Assembly (NCBI GenBank): GCA_033852515.1
Contig: JAWOML010000001.1
Location: 1-30,413, forward strand
Length of the DNA: 30,413 nt
Direction of reading: 5' to 3'
Source: Thermoplasmata archaeon
GTDB lineage: Archaea; Thermoplasmatota; Thermoplasmata; RBG-16-68-12
Shown: positions 24,609-30,413 of the stretch, piece by piece
Position numbering within the stretch: position 1 is the stretch's first letter
How the letters are laid out: each line of letters begins with the position of its first letter
Translations under genes and position numbers: made by a program
The notes under the pieces: generated by a model
Database searches by the model: none
What the model was told of the DNA's origin: nothing
What the model saw: only the letters and a program-made list of their open reading frames with translations

Positions 24609-25847
24609 TCATCCGGCCGCGGGCACGGTCCGCGGCGGGCGCACCTCGAGGCTCAGCAGCAGACCGATCGCGCTCAGGACCAGCCCGATGTAGAACGCGG
24701 AGAGGTACGCGCCCGTGGTCTCCCGGATCCAGCCGCCCGCGAACAAAGCGAGCACGTTCCCGACCCCGAAGGCCGTAAACAGGATCCCGTAGTTCACGCC
24801 CGCGTGCGCTTCGCCGAAGTACAGGGTGGACAGGGCGGGCATGACCGCGAGGAAGCCGCCGAAGACCACACCCGTGAGGGCAATGCCGAGGAACACGGGC
24901 ACGAGGCCCGTGGAGACGGACAGGAGGCCCATGGCTCCGAGCAGGATGGCATACATCAGAAGCAGGGCCTCCTTGGGAGACCATCGGTCTGCGAGCCGAC
25001 CGAAGAGCGGCCGCCCTCCGCTGTTGAACAGCGCGAGGACCATGACCGCCACCGTGGCGATCGCGTCTGTCGCCAGGCCGACCTCCTTGGCAATCGTGTA
25101 CGCGTTGCCGATGACTAGGAAACCTTCCGCGGTGCCGAGGACGTAGAGGGACCATGCGGTCCAGAATGCGCGGGACCGGATTACGGTCCGCGGGCCTACT
25201 TCGGCCACGGGCCGCCAGGCGCGGCCGCTTTTCACGACAATTTCTTGGGGTGGCTGCCAACCCGTCGGAGGGAAGCGAAGTAGGAGCGCCAAAGGCACGA
25301 GCGTCGCGAGGAACAGGATGCCGAGAAGCAGGAACGTGGTCGCAACGCCCACAAGGCCGATGAGATAGCCCGCCAGCGGTGCGGTCACCACGGGCGAGAG
25401 GCCTACCCCCATGACCACGATCCCCGAGGCGAGCCCTTTGCGGACGGGGAACCAGCGGACCGCCGTCGTGATTGTGGGGTTGTACCCGAACCCCGTGCCC
25501 AACCCGACGAAGCCGCCGTACAGGACGGTCAACGTGGGGATGGGCCACGGCGAACGGTCGAATAGGGAGCAGAGGATGTAGCCCGCGCCGAAAACCAGGA
25601 CGCCAAGGAGGGCGACCTTGCGCGGCCCGTGTCGGTCCACCGCGCGTCCCGCGAAGACCATGCCCACGGAGAACATGGCCATGGCCGCGGCGAAGGGGAG
25701 GAGCGCGGTGAACTCGTCGGCTCCCCGCGACGCGAACTCGTCGATAAGCGCCGCCCGGAAGACGCTCCAGGAATAGGCGGTCCCTAGGAGGAGGTTCATC
25801 CCGAGGCCGACGGCCAGGTACGCTCCGCGGGGCAACCGCACCGTCAT
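24609..25847 (-). CDS. MFS transporter, oxalate/formate antiporter (OFA) family
   Basis: GTAYSWSVF, RWFPVRKGLASG, FNSGGRPLFGRLADR, FGGFLAVMPA....FG....GVNYG. ATG 25847 preferred over TTG 25877. Confidence 0.88.
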   Translation of the reverse strand: MTVRLPRGAYLAVGLGMNLLLGTAYSWSVFRAALIDEFASRGADEFTALLPFAAAMAMFSVGMVFAGRAVDRHGPRKVALLGVLVFGAGYILCSLFDRSPWPIPTLTVLYGGFVGLGTGFGYNPTITTAVRWFPVRKGLASGIVVMGVGLSPVVTAPLAGYLIGLVGVATTFLLLGILFLATLVPLALLLRFPPTGWQPPQEIVVKSGRAWRPVAEVGPRTVIRSRAFWTAWSLYVLGTAEGFLVIGNAYTIAKEVGLATDAIATVAVMVLALFNSGGRPLFGRLADRWSPKEALLLMYAILLGAMGLLSVSTGLVPVFLGIALTGVVFGGFLAVMPALSTLYFGEAHAGVNYGILFTAFGVGNVLALFAGGWIRETTGAYLSAFYIGLVLSAIGLLLSLEVRPPRTVPAAG

Positions 25848-25917
25848 GGACCCGAGCCATCCCGGGGGTGGTGTCAAAAGCCTATGGGATGTACTGTACG
25901 CCCTCGGCCGGTGGCCC

Positions 25918-26466
25918 TCACGCGGTCGGGATCGCTTTGTGGATGACCTGGCGGGCGAGCCGCCAGAACACCTCTTCCACGTTCGCCCCGGTCTTCGCGG
26001 ACGTGAGCACGATCTCGCAGTCGAACGCGTGCGCGAACTTGCGGAGCTCCGCGTCGGGGATGTGTTTCTCCTTCGGGAGGTCCACCTTGGTCACCGCGAG
26101 GACGATGGGCACGGGCCCCGCGATGCGGTCGATCTGGTCAATCCAGATGTAGAGGTCCTCCAACGTCTCCCGACGGGTCACGTCCGCGACGGCGAGGATC
26201 CCTTGCGCGCCCTGGAAGTATTGCTCTTGGAGAAGTTCGCGGAATCCCATCTGCCCCATGATGTCCCAGACCATCAGGTTGACCATGATGGGCTCCTCGT
26301 TGATGACCGGGACGCTGACCTGCTTCTTGGAGACCTTCGTGCCGATCGTGGCCGCATAGCGGTCGTCGAACTCGTTCAGCACGTACCGCCGGATGAGGCT
26401 CGACTTGCCCACGGAGCTCGCGCCCGCGAGGCAGAGCTTGGCCTTCATCACGTCGAGGTCGCCCAT
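25918..26466 (-). CDS. Rab-like small GTPase
   Basis: G1 GASSVGKS, G2 TIG, G3 WDIMGQ, YFQGAQG, G4 TKVD, G5 TSAKTG. No C-terminal Cys. Confidence 0.92.
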   Translation of the reverse strand: MGDLDVMKAKLCLAGASSVGKSSLIRRYVLNEFDDRYAATIGTKVSKKQVSVPVINEEPIMVNLMVWDIMGQMGFRELLQEQYFQGAQGILAVADVTRRETLEDLYIWIDQIDRIAGPVPIVLAVTKVDLPKEKHIPDAELRKFAHAFDCEIVLTSAKTGANVEEVFWRLARQVIHKAIPTA

Positions 26467-26567
26467 GGTCTCGTCAGGCGACAGAGGGGTGGGACCGCGG
26501 GAGATTTAACGGTTCCCGTCTCGGTTTCGCCGATGATTGCAGACACCGGAGGGGGCCCGGGGGCTCG

Positions 26568-28211
26568 TCACATGACGTAGGAGCCAGTGCCCACGTTGGA
26601 GGCAGGGTCCACGAGCACGTTGATCACAGCGGGCTTGCCGCTTGCGAACGCGCGGTCGATGGCGGAGCCGATGTCCCCGGGATCGTCCACGAGCTCGCCG
26701 TAGCCGCCGAGGGCTTTGGCCATCTCGTCGTAGCGCGTGGCTTCGCCGAGGCGCGTCGCCACGGCGCGCGCTTCGCCGAACAGCCCAATCTGCGGGCCGC
26801 GAATCTGGGCCCACGCGCCGTCGTTGCCTATCACTGCAACCACGGGGACGTGGTGCCGTACGAGCGTATCCACCTCGATCCCGGAGATGCCGAACGCGCC
26901 GTCGCCGAGGAAGGTGAGGACGCGCTTCTCGGGCCGGGCAAGCTTTGCGGCGAGGGCGAACGGAATGCCCATCCCCAGACAGCCGAACCGGCCCGGATCC
27001 AGCCAGCTGCCCGGCCACGGGGCCCGGATGATCTTGGACCCTGCGGCCACGATGTTCCCGCCGTCCCCCACGAGGACCGTGTCCTCCCCCACGAACCGGT
27101 CCACCTCCTTCGCGAGGCGGAGCGCGTGGATGGGTCGAAGGTCGGAGGAGGCCTCGGCGTCCAGCTTGGCCCGCTTCGCGTTTTCCACGGACCGGAGCTT
27201 GTCGAGCCACGGGGTTGGCTCGTGCAGAGGCACACCCTTGAGCGTCGCGGCCAGCTGCCGCGCGATGAGTCCAACGTCTCCCACAAGGCCGACTTCCACC
27301 GCGCGATTGTGGCCGATCGTGTCCCCCGCGACATCCGCCATGACGATCCGCGCGTCCGCGGCGATCGCCGGCGCCTGTCCGTAGCCCAGGCGGAAATCGA
27401 ACGGCGCTCCCAGGTTGAGGACGACATCCGCGTCCTCGAGCGCCTGGCCTCTCGAGAGCGCGAGGAAGTACGGATGATCCGGCGAGAGCGCGCCGCGTGC
27501 GAGCGAGTTCAGGTAGACCGGGGCGCGTAGCACGTCCGCGAGCGCACGGATCCCCGAGGGGTCGGAGCTCCAGCGGAGCGAGGTCCCCGCGATCACGGCG
27601 GGCCGTTCCGCGGTCGCCAGGATCTCCGCGGCCCGGCGGACATCGTCCGGGTGGGCCCATGCGGCGGCTCGCGACCGGCTTCCTGCCTTCCAGTCCACGC
27701 CTTCCGCGGCGACCTCGTCGAAGAGGACGTCCCAGGGGATCTCCAGGAACGCGGGGCCCGTCCGAGGGGTCGACGCGTGCCGGAAGGCATCCGCAACGAA
27801 CTCGGGTAGGCGTCCCGCCTGGGCGCAGGACTGGGCCCACTTGGTCACGGGCTCGAGGATTCGGACATGCGGCGTCTCCTGGAGGCCGCCTTGGTTGTGC
27901 CGCCGGGTCTCCGCTTGCCCTCCGAGGACCACAACGGGCGAGTCGCTGTTCCGCGCGTTCACGATGGCGGTCAGCGAGTTGCAGACACCGGGACCCGCGG
28001 TGACCGCCGCCACGCCGACCTCGCCGGTCACCCGCGCCCAGCCGTCCGCGGCAAACGCCGCGGTCTGTTCATGCCGCACGTCGATCACGCGAATCTCGTG
28101 GTCCAGGCAACCCTCGTAGATGGGGAGGATGTGGCCTCCGCACAGGGTGAAGACCACGCGCACGCCCTCCTTGGCCAACGCCTCCCCGACGAGCTGGCCC
28201 CCCGTGGGCAT
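26568..28211 (-). CDS. TPP-dependent enzyme, ILVBL/2-hydroxyacyl-CoA lyase-like branch of the acetolactate synthase family
   Basis: FTLCGGHI, VRHEQTAAFAADGWAR, TAGPG, LDPGRFGCLGMG, GDGAFG...GND (TPP motif). ATG 28211 lies about 25-30 nt from TATA-like CCTATATC. Confidence 0.88.
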   Translation of the reverse strand: MPTGGQLVGEALAKEGVRVVFTLCGGHILPIYEGCLDHEIRVIDVRHEQTAAFAADGWARVTGEVGVAAVTAGPGVCNSLTAIVNARNSDSPVVVLGGQAETRRHNQGGLQETPHVRILEPVTKWAQSCAQAGRLPEFVADAFRHASTPRTGPAFLEIPWDVLFDEVAAEGVDWKAGSRSRAAAWAHPDDVRRAAEILATAERPAVIAGTSLRWSSDPSGIRALADVLRAPVYLNSLARGALSPDHPYFLALSRGQALEDADVVLNLGAPFDFRLGYGQAPAIAADARIVMADVAGDTIGHNRAVEVGLVGDVGLIARQLAATLKGVPLHEPTPWLDKLRSVENAKRAKLDAEASSDLRPIHALRLAKEVDRFVGEDTVLVGDGGNIVAAGSKIIRAPWPGSWLDPGRFGCLGMGIPFALAAKLARPEKRVLTFLGDGAFGISGIEVDTLVRHHVPVVAVIGNDGAWAQIRGPQIGLFGEARAVATRLGEATRYDEMAKALGGYGELVDDPGDIGSAIDRAFASGKPAVINVLVDPASNVGTGSYVM

Positions 28212-28270
28212 CGGCGGCGCCACCGCGATGGGCGGAGATATAGGTATGGGGATTCGGGGCGCCGAAACGA

Positions 28271-29989
28271 TTACCGACTGGGCCTCGGCGCGGGAGCGGC
28301 ATGCTTCGCACGTTCTTGGTCCCGCAGGGCGCGGCGGAGCACCTTCCCGATCGCACTCTTCGGAAGGTCGGACCGGAACTCGATCTGCCGGGGGACGCGG
28401 AAGGCCGCGAGGCGCTCGCGGCAGAAGGCGATGATCTCCTGGTCCGTGGCGGTGGCCCCGGGCTTCAGGGCGACGAATGCCTTGACCGTCTCGCCGCGGT
28501 ACGCGTCGGGCACCCCAATCGCCGCGGCCTCTTGGACCGCGGGATGCGCGTACAGGACTTCCTCGACTTCCCTCGGGTACACATTGAACCCGGAGGCGAT
28601 GATGAGATCCTTCTTCCGCTCAATGATGTAGAGGTACCCGTCCTCGTCCATCCGCGCGATGTCCCCCGTGTGCAGCCATCCGTCCCGGAGCGTCGCCGCG
28701 GTCTCCTCGGGCTGGTTCCAGTAGCCCCGCATGACCTGCGGGCCGCGTACCAGGAGTTCCCCCGCCTCGCCGATGGGGAGGTCCCGTCCGTCGTCCTCGA
28801 GGTCCACGATCCGCACGTCCGCGTCCGGGAACGGGATGCCCACGCCCTCCTTGACGAGCCCGTCCTTCGTAAGGGGATTCGCGCTCACCACGGTGGACGC
28901 CTCCGTCAGGCCGTACCCCTCGACGAGCCGCCCGCCCGTCAGGGACTCCCACCGCCGGCGGACCTCGACGGGCAGTGGCGCGGCCCCCGAGAGGCACGCC
29001 GCGATCCCTCGCATGTCCACGTTCCGGAGCCGGGGGTGGCCCATGAGGGCCACGTAGAGCGTGGGGACGGCGGGGAACAGGGTCGGCCGCTCGCGGTCGA
29101 TGACCCTGAGCAGATGCTTCAGATCCCTCGGGTCCGGCACGAGGAGCATGGTGGACGCGAGTCGCAGGGAGACCATGAGGCCCGCCATGAGCCCGTAGAT
29201 GTGGAACAGGGGGATCGCGATCAGGGTCCGCTCCCGGCCGGACTCCGTGCCTGGGACCCAGCTTGCGCACTGGTGCGCGTTCGCGATCAAGGTGCCGTGG
29301 GTCAGCATGGCGCCCTTGGGCACCCCGGTGGTCCCCCCGGTGTACTGGAGGACCGCGACGTCATCGGGGCTCACGGTCTGCGGCTCCCGGCCCCGCTCCG
29401 CGGGGCTCTCCAAGAGTTCCCGGAAGCGGTGCAGCCAGGGTTCCCGCGGGACCTCCAGGGGCCAGTGGCCCGCCTTCCGCAGCTCGCTCCGACGGCGGAT
29501 CGGGTAGAGCGTGGAGAGCGGCGCCGGCAGGAAGTCCTTCAGGTCCGCGACGATGATGTGCCGCAGCGGCGTCTCGGCCTTGGCCGAGAGGACGTTGGCC
29601 AGGAAGAGATCCAAGCAGACCACGGCGGTGGCGCCCGCGTCGGCGTAGAGGCGTGCCAACTCCCTCGGCGTGTACAGGGGATTCGTCTGGACGACGATCC
29701 CTCCCGCGCGCTGGATTCCGAAGAAGGCGATGATGTACGCTGGAGAGTTGGGCACCATGAGCCCGATGCGGTCTCCCGCCTTCACGCCGAGCTGCCGGAG
29801 GCCGGCCGCGAACCGGTCCGCGGCATTATCGATCTCGCGGTACGTGAGCCGGGCTCCGTAGAACACCGTGGCCACGGTGTCCCCATGGGCATCGGCGGTC
29901 TGCCGTAGCATCCGCTCCACGGGGATGCGGGGATAGTCGATCGTCTTCGGCACCCCGGTGGGCCAGTGTCGGTGCCACGGCCGCTCCAC
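28271..29989 (-). CDS. Long-chain-fatty-acid--CoA ligase (FadD/LcfA-like)
   Basis: QYTGGTTGVPKG, EGYGLTE, WLHTGD, ERKKDLI, YPREVEE, PKSAIGK. GTG 29989 with SD GGGGAG and TATA-like CTTATGTA. Confidence 0.92.
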   Translation of the reverse strand: MERPWHRHWPTGVPKTIDYPRIPVERMLRQTADAHGDTVATVFYGARLTYREIDNAADRFAAGLRQLGVKAGDRIGLMVPNSPAYIIAFFGIQRAGGIVVQTNPLYTPRELARLYADAGATAVVCLDLFLANVLSAKAETPLRHIIVADLKDFLPAPLSTLYPIRRRSELRKAGHWPLEVPREPWLHRFRELLESPAERGREPQTVSPDDVAVLQYTGGTTGVPKGAMLTHGTLIANAHQCASWVPGTESGRERTLIAIPLFHIYGLMAGLMVSLRLASTMLLVPDPRDLKHLLRVIDRERPTLFPAVPTLYVALMGHPRLRNVDMRGIAACLSGAAPLPVEVRRRWESLTGGRLVEGYGLTEASTVVSANPLTKDGLVKEGVGIPFPDADVRIVDLEDDGRDLPIGEAGELLVRGPQVMRGYWNQPEETAATLRDGWLHTGDIARMDEDGYLYIIERKKDLIIASGFNVYPREVEEVLYAHPAVQEAAAIGVPDAYRGETVKAFVALKPGATATDQEIIAFCRERLAAFRVPRQIEFRSDLPKSAIGKVLRRALRDQERAKHAAPAPRPSR

Positions 29990-30124
29990 GCGCTCCCCGC
30001 GTGCGGAAGGCGTCCGTGCGTACATAAGGTGTGTCCCAAGGAGGGGCAAGGAGTCTCCGGGCGCCGGCGGACGACGGGTGGAGGATTATCGTCTCGCACG
30101 CGGTTCGCGATCCCGGAGTTGTCT

Positions 30125-30413
30125 ATGATCGCACGCACGTGGCACGGGGTCACACCGGCCTCGAAGGCCGACGCGTACTTCGAGTACCTCGAGGAGAGCG
30201 GAGTGAAGGAGTACCGCAGGACACCGGGAAATCGCGGGGTCTACGTCCTCCGCCGAATTGTGGGCGACCGCGCGGACTTCCTCCTTATCTCCCTCTGGGA
30301 CTCCTACGACGCGATCCGAGCGTTCGCGGGTGACGACTTCGAGAAGGCCCGGTACTTCCCCAAGGACCGCGAGTTCCTCCGGGAGTTCGAGCCCAACGTG
30401 ACCCACTACGAGG
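30125..30413 (+). CDS. ABM/dimeric alpha-beta-barrel family protein, partial (runs off the right edge; missing from ORF track)
   Basis: Manual translation MIARTWHGVTPASKADAYFEYL...PGNRGVYVLRR...FLLISLWDSYDAIRAFAG...Y.PKD.EFL.EFEPNVTHYE. Confidence 0.85.
   Translation, partial: MIARTWHGVTPASKADAYFEYLEESGVKEYRRTPGNRGVYVLRRIVGDRADFLLISLWDSYDAIRAFAGDDFEKARYFPKDREFLREFEPNVTHYE

Noticed and set aside
19627-25118. 669-aa (19627-21636, -) and 547-aa (23475-25118, +) ORFs, and many Arg/Pro/Gly-rich ORFs throughout the track
   Set aside because: Antisense or off-frame shadows of well-supported genes, with composition typical of GC-rich non-coding frames.

Overview
High-GC archaeal chromosome segment. 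Archaeal origin is supported by an intron-containing tRNA-Thr(GGT), TATA/BRE-type promoters, an archaeal-type Rqc2/RqcH and TrpB2; a Thermoplasmata lineage is my best guess and is inference only. About 29 real CDS; most long ORFs in the track are antisense shadows. Left part: flotillin/NfeD pair, a double zinc-ribbon protein with an 8-aa repeat, an Lrp regulator divergent from glnA, a His-containing NnrS/HCO-like membrane protein, a second glutamine synthetase of another subclass, htpX, trpB2, rqcH, nitroreductase and tRNA-Thr. Right part: the main candidate for an undescribed system, two paralogous modules (14.9-24.2 kb) each with a Pol-beta-type nucleotidyltransferase, a calcineurin-like phosphoesterase with a GNDD motif and an APC permease, interleaved with a nitrilase-family amidase and an agmatinase-like ureohydrolase. 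These are followed by a standalone TBP-like domain, an OFA transporter, a Rab-like GTPase, an HACL/ILVBL-like TPP enzyme, an acyl-CoA ligase and a partial ABM protein. Second highlight: a densely structured 145-nt region after glnA that ends in a near-canonical T-box antiterminator fold, a class I know only from bacteria. No mobile element or CRISPR array was seen. All assignments come from motif reading without database searches.
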